Assembly: GCA_025201805.1 (NCBI GenBank)
Contig: MU619238.1
Location: forward strand, 137,970-201,969
From: Parasitella parasitica NRRL 2501
Lineage: Eukaryota > Fungi > Mucoromycota
Direction: 5' to 3'
DNA: 64,000 nt
Program-made: the position numbers and the translations under genes
Shown here: in pieces, positions 1 through 11,343 of the stretch
Layout: each line of letters begins with the position of its first letter
Numbering within the stretch: position 1 is the first letter of the stretch
The notes under the pieces: model-generated
Seen by the model: only the letters and a program-made list of their open reading frames with translations
Databases searched by the model: none
What the model was told of the DNA's origin: nothing

Positions 1-355
1 GTATGATTGATATAACTCTCTCATACTCCTTACAGATGTAAGTATATATACATTCTAAACTTAAGTCAATATCCTAACCATTATTTTCTTTTTACCCAAG
101 TTTTTCTGCTTTTCTAAGGTAAATTCATGATCGTACTATGATACCATCAAAAACTAACTTAAATTGTCTAATTTACATTTGTACTTTTTCCACAATAGGT
201 AAGATAATGGTCCAATAATTATCTCTGATTCGTCTAAAATAATTTCTTTTTTATCCAAAATAGGTAAGCTATTTGTCTAAATATTAATTTCAATTCGTCC
301 AGAAAAAAATTAACATCGTCTGAATTTAAAGTAGAAACACTGTAGACGAATCTAA

Positions 356-2045
356 TCCCATGCTGGCTATTCTGCGGAATCTATTTAATGAAGTGCACAT
401 TGAAGTCTTACTCAACAACTCTACCTCACCTAGATTTCAACCAATTACTGGAGTACTGCAAGGATCCATACTATCCCCCTTCTTATACTCTATCTACATC
501 AATGGTTTACCACATCTCCTACGTCCACATTTGAGTAATGTTAACGAAATGACAAATGCCATCGAACTCGCTCCAACAATCACATCCCTCTTGTATGCTG
601 ACGATGTTGTCTTGATTGCAAAACCCGAAAAAATGCCACATTTACTACAGACGTGCGAGGATCATAGTTATACCTTGGGTTACCGTTGGAACCCTAAGAA
701 ATGTGTCATTGTTGCTCCACCTCGAGATACTCAAGAATATCACCTTTATGGTACCAACATACCCAAAGAAACCTCCTTTTCGTATCTTGGCATAGCCATC
801 AAACCAGGTGGAAACATTAATACTGCTACTTTAATACAACAGAATGTCAACAAAGCCAAACAATCCATGAACCAAATATCTGCTATCGGGACCAACTCGA
901 AAGGGTTTTCCACATTACTATCGATGCGCTTCTATGTCCAAATGATACGTTCACAAATGGAATATGGACTAGCAATCTGTGCCTTGAATCAAACAAATAT
1001 AAAGCAGCTCGAGGCGGGTCAAAATGACTGTGTACGTAAACTGTATGGGGGATCTCGAACATCTTCAACGAAAGTGATGTTGCGTATGGCCAATCAGCCC
1101 TCAATGAAAGATAGAATAATAATTTTGCAAGCTAAATACATACGTCGAGCACTACAACTACCAGAGGATACACTGTTACAAAAGCTACTACCGCATATCC
1201 AAACATCTGCCAGTCAATCTTAATGGTACAAATTAATCTCCAATCCTCTCTGGCAAAAATGTGAACCAGTGTTGGACATATTAGACCGACGTACCTTTAA
1301 CACCCTGAAGCGAGAATTCCTTCAGGATAGTTATGCCACTCTCTGCAATGGTCCGAATAGCCAAATGATTTCCACTTGCCGTCCAACTTTGGTGGTTGAT
1401 CCTATTCTATGGCTACCAATGACACGTATGGAGCGTAGTCAGGTACTTCGATGGCGTCTTGGCTGGCTTCCAGGAGGCAAACCACGCCCTTGCCCTTTCC
1501 ACCCGAAAACTAATCTCTCTCGTGCTCACGTTACTGACTGTCTGCAGATACATCGCCGACTTCAGTTGCCTGAATCTATCCAAGACCCTCTTTCTTTCCT
1601 GCTTAACTTACTGCCACTAAAAAAGCCCACAAATGCTTAATACAGCGCTTCCTGGGCAGTCCGTTGGCCCGCAATCTGCTTGATCCTATTCGAATTAGAT
1701 CATATTTTCCACAATGAAGACGTTCCTCCGGCTCCTCCTCATATCGGTACTAGTTTGGTAGAATGGTTGCATAGGTAAAAGCTGCTAGTGTTTCTGACCT
1801 GTTTCTGGATTTTTTTCTTTTTATTTCTCCTCTTTTATACTCTTTCATTTCAACTTATATTTGTTTCAATTTATAATTTCTTACCTCTTCCTTACTTTTT
1901 TCGTTTTCCCTCTTGACTCTTCAGAGGGTTTTTTTCTTTCCTTTCACTTGGCGAACTGGTCCGGGCAATGCAGTTATTCCAACTATTGTGCTCATTATGA
2001 CCATTTTTATTTTCCTTTTTATTTAATAAAATTTCTCATTTAACC
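356..2045 (+). mobile_element. 5'-truncated non-LTR (LINE-like) retrotransposon, inactive
   Basis: RT motifs GVLQGSILSPFLY and LYADD, then RWRLGWLPGG and a Cys/His C-terminal motif, all in one frame 360-1778 interrupted by in-frame TAA at 1221 and 1638. Pyrimidine-rich 3' UTR. Flanked by an exact 14-bp direct repeat GTAGACGAATCTAA (342-355, 2046-2059). Confidence 0.92.
360..1778 (+). pseudogene. Reverse transcriptase ORF remnant (RT C-terminal half and C-terminal domain)
   Basis: ORFs 360-1223 and 1269-1640 are in the same frame, which continues YSASWAVRWPAICLILFELD...VEWLHR to TAA at 1776-1778. No endonuclease or RT N-terminus (5' truncation). Confidence 0.9.
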
Positions 2046-2134
2046 GTAGACGAATCTAAATGCTATCCCAAATAAGGATCAGGCTGCTTTCAACCAAACA
2101 ATTGATTTTTTTTTCTTGATACTACACAGTGTCT

Positions 2135-2230
2135 TGAGAAAGTTGGACAAAGCAACAAAAGAAGAGGCAATGTCGAGCTTGATTGCAATAAACCGTCTGC
2201 CACCTTTTGTTGCTTTGTCTAACTTTCTTA
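2135..2230. repeat. 27-bp inverted repeat (hairpin) with 42-nt spacer
   Basis: TGAGAAAGTTGGACAAAGCAACAAAAG (2135-2161) pairs with CTTTTGTTGCTTTGTCTAACTTTCTTA (2204-2230): 25 Watson-Crick plus 2 G:T pairs. Confidence 0.9.
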
Positions 2231-3444
2231 TTGGCCAAAACTCTCCGAATTTGTACGATTGCATTAGTTATATCGCTAATTTGGGTAGCTTCTACCGACA
2301 ATACACGTTGGTTTTGTCAATGCAGTTTCGTGTTGGAGAAAATTCTTCCTCTATAATGTTTTATGCTTAATTTCATATTCTTTGACATGAGAACAAAATT
2401 TAGCTGCTAGTTTAAGCATGGTTTTTGCGGGCATATTAATGTTCATGACCATCCATAGGTCCCAAAATAGGGTTACTAAAGAATCTGAATTTTCAGTCTT
2501 TTTTTACTGTTACAGTCCGATTAAAAAGTTGGTGGGATGGGAATGGGGTTTCAGTTTCGCTTGATACCTATAGAAAGGATGAAAGATACTGCTTGAAGTC
2601 CAAGTATATCTATAAAATACAAAAACTTAAAGCTGATATTCTTTAGATTAGGTAAATTACAATCAATAAAAAATAAAGTGCAACTTGTTTTAGCATAGTA
2701 CAGTACAAATTCATAGCAAAATACTTGAAAAAGGAGCATCAAGTGTATACAACGACGAGCTGAAAAACATTTGAGAACCGAGATGAAGAGCTGGATTTGT
2801 GTTGTGTCGGATAAAACGATAGCTCAGAGTATTCTTGGCCATGGCAATCTGTATGAAATCATATATAATCAACGTAAATACACTATTAGCACTTGATATT
2901 AGGTCAAATAGGCCGATGACATATCCACAGATGTGATGTAATTTATGAGAAAAGACTTGGGTTTGAAAGTCGGTATATCTCGTATCTAATACAAGCCTAT
3001 TTTCTTTGTTTTTTTAATCGAACAATAGCTAATTTAATGCAAGTAGATGCTAAAATTTTGTCAGCCGGACTATGAAATAAACCGTGATAAGCAGCATGTA
3101 CTCTTTTCTTCATTTGAATTACTCATCATCTGTTTTGAGGGAATATATATAACAATTTATAATCCAACTATGAGGTTATCGTGGTTGCACATTGAACATG
3201 TTTATGACTCAGACCTGTTAATGAAAATCGAGAAGGGTGGTTGACGAGAGTATTCAGTTTATTTCGCCATTTCAATTGGATATCATTGGCCAAAGAATCA
3301 TCTCTACACCATACTCTGGTTCCCTTATTGGGCTTCTTAGACAAGCGTAATATGCTCTATGATCAGAACAATATAAAAAGCATCATTGAAACATAGTCTT
3401 TAATTGTTTCTTTATCTTTTTCTAATACCAATCAAATACATAAA

Positions 3445-4281
3445 ATGCCTGCTAGCACCATCTACAGTAAAATCCAATCGAGTTCTGATTTGACTCCTGA
3501 GGCCATCAAGCATTTGAATGAACATCTTGCAAAATTGGAGCCAAAAGAAGTGCTTGAATGGGCTATCGACTGCTTACCCAACTTGTACCAAACGACAGCT
3601 TTTGGATTGACTGGCCTTGTTACCCTTGATTTGATCAATAAAATCAGCATTGATCGTAATCAGTCTCATCTGGTACCATTGATCTTTTTGGACACGCTCT
3701 ATCATTTCAAAGAAACATTGGATCTTGCCGAACGCTGCAAATCTACTTATCAGGTTCCCCTCAAAGTCTATAAGCCATTGAACGCTGAAAATACTGATGA
3801 TTTCGAATCTGAATATGGTCAGAAATTATGGGAGACTGACGAAGATTCCTATGACTACCTCATCAAAGTGGATCCTGCTCGCCGTGCCTATGAAGAACTT
3901 CAAGTCAAGTCTGTCATCACCGGTCGCCGTCGTAGTCAAAAGGGTGATCGCGAAGCTATCCCCATATTGGAAGTCGATGGCACTGGTTTAATCAAGTTGA
4001 ATCCCCTTGCCTACTGGGATTTCCAACAAGTCTGGACCTATGTTCGTGCTAATGAAGTCCCTTACAACCCTCTTGTCGACCAAGGCTATCGCTCTATTGG
4101 TGATTGGCATTCAACCCATGCTCCTGTTAACGGCGATGAGCGCTCTGGGCGCTGGTCTGGTCAACAAAAGACTGAATGTGGACTCCATAAAGACTATTTC
4201 AAAATGCGTGCTGCTTTCATGGCATCCAAAAAGAAAAGAGAAGCACAAAATCTTCAGCAGCAAAATGCCATTACTGCTTAG
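3445..4281 (+). CDS. MET16: Phosphoadenosine phosphosulfate (PAPS) reductase
   Basis: Intronless 278 aa. Motifs QTTAFGLTG, FLDTLYHF, TGRRRSQ, KLNPL, GYRSIGD, ERSGRW and C-terminal ECGLH. TATAAAAA about 70 nt upstream. Confidence 0.96.
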   Translation: MPASTIYSKIQSSSDLTPEAIKHLNEHLAKLEPKEVLEWAIDCLPNLYQTTAFGLTGLVTLDLINKISIDRNQSHLVPLIFLDTLYHFKETLDLAERCKSTYQVPLKVYKPLNAENTDDFESEYGQKLWETDEDSYDYLIKVDPARRAYEELQVKSVITGRRRSQKGDREAIPILEVDGTGLIKLNPLAYWDFQQVWTYVRANEVPYNPLVDQGYRSIGDWHSTHAPVNGDERSGRWSGQQKTECGLHKDYFKMRAAFMASKKKREAQNLQQQNAITA

Positions 4282-4416
4282 AGGCGCTTCTAAATCTTCC
4301 CTCCTCTCCTTACATCAATCTTAATTATTTAGCATTTATACAACATCTTTATCGTATATTTTTTCATTATACTTTTGTACATAGATTTACACAATAAACT
4401 CAAACATTTATTAATT

Positions 4417-7400
4417 CTATTTTTGAACTATAAGATACCAGTTCTCTATACATTCGACTGCTTGTTTTCTAACGAGCCTCTTTTTATCATCCAAAGGAAT
4501 TGTAATCGCTTTTAACGTATCTTTTACAAATGGCACTACGATATCCCTGGGTATCTTTGTAGAGATGAGGTCAATGCATTTTAATGCAGATATTCTAACA
4601 TGCATCGACTTTTCAGCAGGGCCAATTAGTGATATAAACGCAGGCAAAAGCGTGATAATGTGCTTTGCCATGATGTCGGTTGCTTCTTGAAGGGAGAATT
4701 GGAATAAATCCAAGGTCGAGAGCTTTAAAACTATGTCCGGGAAAGCCATAGACTCTATTAATAACGGTACAAGCTATATGCTACAGTGAGAAAAAAAAAA
4801 CGCGTGTTTTTTGTTTATAATCTTACCGGTGGTAATTCGTCAATAAGAATGGATCTAGGTACATTCTTAAGTAAATAAGCAATAGCAATCAAGAAATTCA
4901 ATTTCTCATCTATCAGACATCAAAGATCGAACTAGAGTTAATAGCTCGTTTTTACTGCTGCATTGGCTTGCATACCTTCTGTAGAAGAGTTGAAATTCTT
5001 CAGTAACTTGGGAAGGGCAAAATTCATAAACTTTTGTTTGTACAAGAACTGTAATGCATATTGGTTAGCGTTTATTTTGTTTTTTATTATATAGTCCTGT
5101 AGTTCTTACCGAAATGTTGGCATAACATTGTTTATTCAAACACAAAGGATCATCCCCTACAAGTACATCGAAGCCACTTGAAGCATTTCTACCAACCACA
5201 CTATCTGGAATCAAGGTGATCAAAAAGTCTATCATCTCAATACTTTTTTTGTGAGTACGAGTGACAAGAGCTTTCGCTATCTATAAGAATAAATTAGTTG
5301 TTTTTAACATATATGCCTTAGCAATATATATACCCAAATGTATAAAGATAAGGCCGATTGTGATTTTGCATGCACAAGCTGTTCCAATCTTGATTTTAAA
5401 GTATCCAAGTAGGCTTGAAATGCCTCGTCTTTACATAGTTTAGTACACAGTATTTGACAAGCATGACGGTGTATCAAACATACCATCCTTCCACTTGTTG
5501 ATAATAGATGCAGTGATTCTTGAAAATGCAAGAATTTGTGGCTGATTTGTACTTATCAATGCTTGGCCTACAATTTCATCTAGAAATGCATTGTTAGATG
5601 CTACAGGCATAGTAACATCTTTTCTAAACGAGGAAACTACTGTGGCAAATAACTGTGTGGAGGCTGCTCGGGGCTTTGAAGCTTGAGCAGAAAGAGGGGA
5701 AAACGTAGGCAATGCGTCTAGGCCAAGATGGCGAAGATCAAGATCTTTAAAGTATTTGAATACTTTAACAGCATAATCTTCTTGATCACTATGATAATGT
5801 ATCAGCACATCGATGATCATTGTAATTGCATGCGTAATACTTACGATTTGCCCAAGTTCCTCACAACGGTTAAAATGATAAGATTAATAGTCTCTACCAC
5901 TTCGTCATCAAGTATAACGAGTTGGGCAGGATTAGCAGAATCATCCATAGCTGCAGATATTACGGAGGCAAACAGCTTGGGCAACAGTGTTTCTGCACAA
6001 AGCTTGATGTCTGGCTGCTTTTCAGTATCTTTGGTTTGGACAAGTCTTAGTAATGTTGAAATGATTTCTAGAGCGTATCTTTTATCTTGATCTGCATGTG
6101 CAAGTTGAGTGAGTAGGAATAAATTCACGTGTATGTATATATATATATGTGCTCAAGGAATTCAACTTACTATGACTACAGATGTACAGAAACTTGGTCA
6201 GTAATTCTTGCTCTGTAGCTTCATATATAGAAGGTCGTAGACATAGATGTTGGATAGTTGCTAATGTAAGTTTGTATGGCACAATATCTAATTTGCTGTT
6301 TTTATCCGTAGATGAAAAGTCTGGCAGCAACTTTATAAGGACAGGTACAGTGATATCTCTCACAAGATTAGCGTCAAAAGTAGAGACTTCTGTCAAAGAC
6401 ATCTCCACAGACATTCTTAACCTGTCTTCTTCTTCTATTTCTAGAAAAAGACTTAGTACCTGGACACTCACAGCCCTCTACATAAGCCACGGTTTAGTAA
6501 CTTGCTGGCAGAAAAGATATATATAATACCTCGCTTCTAGTCATGTAGTTTTTTAATACGCATAGCAGCCCCAGACCGAGAACACCCATTAATCGGATTT
6601 CAGGGTGCTCTTTTGACGTCTTGATAGCAGTAGAGAAAATCTCCATAAATTTGCTCTTGTAAGAGACCAGTATTGAGTCATGACCAGCCCCAATGTTGTT
6701 ATCACTTCCTGTTGCTGCACCGTATACAATTTTTCTTGCTTGGATAATAGCTACCATGGTACACAAAATCAAATAACGGTCAGGCATGACATCGCTAGTC
6801 CTATATTGACGCAATAATAAAGGCAAGATTGTGCTTTCTATTAATAAATATGCAAATGCTAATCCAGATAATAGTCAGCATTGAGATGTAATAATTTGGA
6901 TAAACTAAACTGCACTTACGAGAAGCGGAAGCAATGGATCTCAAGATCAAACTAGCTGGTTTGACCGTGTCTTCCTCTAGTTCATCCAATAAATTGGCGC
7001 AATCGTCTACAAGAGGCTTCAATGCTCCAGTTACGGCGTCATTTTCTTTGGCAGAAATCATTTTATCACTGGTAATGACTTTTGCCACTGCGTTGATAGC
7101 GTCTAACGAAGGCTCTCTTAATCCGGGGTCAGGGCTACCGTTAATGATCTCGATCTTAATGGCATCAAAGACTTTAGACGCAACTGCTAAAATTTCCCTA
7201 GCTGGATAAACTGAGGCACAAGCTGTAATTGTTTCCAGTGAATCTTTCTGCACCATTATTTAAGACAAATTGAAACCGAAACAAAACTGCAATCATAAAT
7301 ACCTTTGCACTTCCCGATGTCGTAGACATTTTCTGCAATAGCAACGGCAACGCCAATTCCGAGAATAAAGGCGTTGATGCCATACACTTTCGAAGATTTA

Positions 7401-8369
7401 CCTTGAGGTCTTTGGCAGTAATTCCGTATGGATTGTCGGGAGGGGGACGAAATGTAATGGGAAAATAGCAAAATGTAGCCGCAAACAGATCCTCCACATG
7501 CAGAGATATATCTAGCAGCTTGACGATTTTTTGAATGACTGTATAAACCGACATCAAATTACGAGGATCCTTTTCATTTGTGATGGATTGAATGAACATG
7601 GCAATAAATTCGTTTGCAACCGTTTCAACATGCTGGCAATGCTTATCCAAAAGATTCTCAGAGATTTTGATTGCTGCATTTCTTGTCAGATGTGCAAATG
7701 ATTGAACCCGCATGTCACCACGGAAGCTATTGTGTACTTTTGTAAATCATCTAATGCACTATCTGTTTTAAAAAGAGCAGGTAATTACCTTGAAACCACA
7801 GTTTTTGTACATACAGCATTGAAGCCATCAAACCTACTCGTCAATGCGTCTAATCCTGACATGAGGTTGGGAACGCTGGCTTGATCTGATAAGCGGTTGC
7901 AGTAAAAATTGACCAGCACAGACACTAGCCCAATTGCAATCAGCTGAAAACATTTCTTTCCCCAATAAATTCCACATAATTACCTGCATCATCGCTCAAT
8001 TTCTCTTGGTCTGCATTTCCCAGCGTACACGACAGCAAAGAAATTGCTGTTTTGTGTGTGCAAGTGGGTTAGCCATACACAAACTCACAGAACACCTAGA
8101 TTGATTACCTTTTGAGCGTATGTCGTCATTTTCATGTGTAAGGTATTCTTCCAAAAGCTGAATCAAGGCCAACAGGTTGGAATTTACATCGCCCTTATTG
8201 ACAACTAAAGTGCACATACAAGAGAACGCAATGAGGGGCCTATCTACTAGCGTGGTTTTGATGTTGGACACTCACTTTCAACGACATTTTTGACCACAGC
8301 AGAAGAAGATGGATCATTTTCCTCAGTTATCATGAATTCCGTGACATATTTATTCATTGAGTTGCTCAT
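4417..8369 (-). CDS. MMS19: MMS19/MET18 cytosolic Fe-S assembly targeting factor (HEAT repeats), multi-exon
   Basis: ATG at 8369 (MSNSMNKYVTEF). Diagnostic EKDPRNL, FCYFPITFRPPPDNPYGIT and C-terminal LDDKKRLVRKQAV..W. Around a dozen short GT-AG introns join the ORF fragments. Confidence 0.93.
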
Positions 8370-8619
8370 CTCCTTCAATGCGGAAGAAATAGGAAAAGGT
8401 GATTGACAAAAAAGACTCATCATTTTCAAATATCTCGAGATTTTCATCAAGCCAATCAAGATCAATGATAACCAATGCCCCAGTTTCTGTCCAAGTCCAC
8501 AATTTTTAACGCAGTGTGAGGGTAATGGCACGCTTATTGTTTAATGTGAAATAAACATGCAGACACCACAACTCAGAATATTGCGGTCTAAAGGTCAAAT
8601 ATCAAACAATTTATTCATT

Positions 8620-10100
8620 TTATGCATAGTATTGTAAAGTCATCTTCTTCTTTGCTTGGACTTCTTGAATGGCTTCCATAAAGTCTTCATGTGTGATCTC
8701 CACAGCGCCACGACGAAGAGCCAACATACCACTCTCAACGCAAATAGCTTTACATTGAGCACCGTTGAATTCGTCACAGCATCTAGACAACTCATCAAAG
8801 TTGACATCTTTACTGACATTCATCTTTCTCGAGTGAATTTGGATGATGCGAGCTCTAGCTTCTTCATTTGGTAGTGGGAATTCGATCTTGCGATCCAAAC
8901 GACCCGAACGCAGCAACGCAGGATCTAGGATATCGATACGATTTGTGGCAGCAATCACCTTGATACGATCATCCGACGAGAAACCATCCAATTGGTTTAG
9001 TAATTCCAGCATAGTACGTTGGACTTCACGATCGCCAGATTTTTCAGAATCAAAACGTTTAGTACCAATGGCATCTAATTCATCGATAAAGATAATGGCA
9101 GGCGATTTCTCCTTGGCAAGTTCAAATGCATCACGGACCAATTTAGCACCATCACCGATGAACATTTGTACTAACTGTGGTCCTGCCAATTTTAAATAGG
9201 CTGAATTGGTTTGCGCCGCGCAGGCTCTGGCAAGTAAAGTTTTACCAGTACCAGGAGGTCCATACATTAAAACGCCCTTGGGTGGTTTGATGCCCAAATT
9301 CTTGAACCGATCAGCATGTGTCATGGGTAAAACAACGGCTTCCACAAGCTCTTCGATTTGTTTATCTAAACCACCAATGTCGTTATAGTCTTCGGTTGGT
9401 TTCTCATCTACTTCCATTGCTTTTACTCTCGAGTCGTATTCGGCTGGTAATGTATCTAAAATCAAGAAACTATCCTTGTTGACACCGATAAGATCTCCAG
9501 GCTTTAAGCTATCTGCATCTACAAGGCCGATCAAGGGTAAAAAGATGGTCTAATTCACAAAAGAGATTAAAAACACGTAGAATTAGGAAATTGTATGCAG
9601 TACCTGTCTTGTCGAGGTCTTGATAACTGCACATTTGCCCTTTTTTTGATTATTCAAATCGACATTAGCGCCATCTTCCTCTTCATCCTCCTCAGGTTCA
9701 ACATCAAGCAACTAAATACAATTATTGTAAATATACAATATGTGGTTTTCAGGTAACTACCAAAAAGAGATGACAGTATCGTAAACATACCTCTACTACA
9801 TTGCCAACAAGGTATGGAAGCTGCTTATTCATCTTGATCTTTTCTTTATTGTCTTTGATTCTTTCCTTCATGGCAGCTTGTTCATGTTGAAGCCTGACAA
9901 TTTCGGATTTCATGACCTATTTAGTGCGCTTAATTATCTGTAGAATGGGTTTTTACATTATGAATTACCTTGATATCATTTTCTAGAAGCCTAGTTCTAT
10001 TTGTTATTTCTTCAGGAGCTAAACGAAGAATGTCTTGTCCAACGTCATCTTGTTCTTCTGCTTGGCTCTCCCAGAGTGCTTTATCTTCTAATGTAGCCAT
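8620..10100 (-). CDS. RPT5: 26S proteasome regulatory AAA-ATPase subunit Rpt5 (6A), 4 exons
   Basis: ATG at 10100 ([13 protein letters not shown]). [18 protein letters not shown] Walker A, IIFIDE Walker [18 protein letters not shown]-terminal HbYX tail (YYA). Confidence 0.96.
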
Positions 10101-11343
10101 TGTATTTATAGAGAAAATTTGTTTGAAAGATTATATTTCAAAAAAGAATGGTCAACTAAATATTGCAGAGAACAGTAGGTCCACGTAATGTCCACACAAT
10201 AAACTCCGGGTTTACGCGTAGGATTGTCATCTATTTAGTGATACGTTTGAAACCTTGCCGTGTCTGAAAAGAATGTAGCGTTTCTTGCATATTAGGTATC
10301 AGTACGGAGTGTATAGAGGCAAAAATATACTTTTATATCCCTGTTAACCGTAAACAAATTATGGCCGTTTCCTATTTTTTACTTGATTTAAATGGATAGA
10401 TACCACATTGAATAATTTTAATTTAGAGAATGAGCTAGATAATATGGACTACATGATATGCGGTCAAATTTTCTACATGTAATTTCAGGATATTGATTTC
10501 TATCTAAATGGCCACTAACCTATCAAGTAACAGCGGTGTCTTCCTAAACCTACACAACAAAAGATAATGGTGACCACTGGCTTTTTAATACATAAAAGTT
10601 ACATCGAAAAAGCTTCAGTCTTTTTAGTTATTTATTTTTTTCATCTATGAGCAAAAGCGATCTTTTCAACGGAAATCATCTAGAAAACGTAACAAGTCTT
10701 TGCTTAATGTACTCAAAGAGCTTATTTGAATTTAAAGTTAATTTTCTCACTTGTATTGCTTCTTCGATAAGTAAAGAAAGTATTTACAACGACGTTTTTT
10801 TTAAGTATGAAATACTGTGTAGCTAATTTATGGAGTATTTACAAAATTAACGAAATAGAAACTTCTTTTCAAACGATAGCTGACCACAATCAATATAAAT
10901 GATAACAATATCACTATTTCAGAAATCTGATTAGTGGAATGGTATCAACTGGTAAATATTTCAGGATGTTCCTCAGTGCCTTCTACTTGATAAGCAGTTG
11001 AAATTACAGATTTTTGAATATTACTACAGCCATAATTATTTCCAAATTTGGAAATAATTTGACATATGAACACCGCTCAGGGGGAACTATTTTCAAATTC
11101 CACCAAATTATGAGTGATTTGTATGTTTCTTCGCACAAAAAATTTATCAATTTTTTTATATCATACTATAAAGTTTAAAGGGAATAATGACTATCAAATG
11201 TAGTTGAATACTATATCACAAAATAAAATAAAGAGAAAGCAAGATGATTTAGATGGGAAATAAAATAAGGCTACTATATAATGGAAATAGATGTATATAT
11301 AAAAGGCATGTTGAATACAATTACAAAAAATTAGGAGGAAAAA

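Noticed and set aside
1221-1640. Stop-codon recoding or RIP in the LINE ORF
   Set aside because: Two TAA stops in a 5'-truncated copy fit ordinary decay, and host genes use TAA as a normal stop.
8400-8600. Met31/32-like AAACTGTGG variants upstream of MMS19 and MET13
   Set aside because: Only degenerate matches (AAATTGTGG, AAACAGTGG), none upstream of MET16, and expected by chance.
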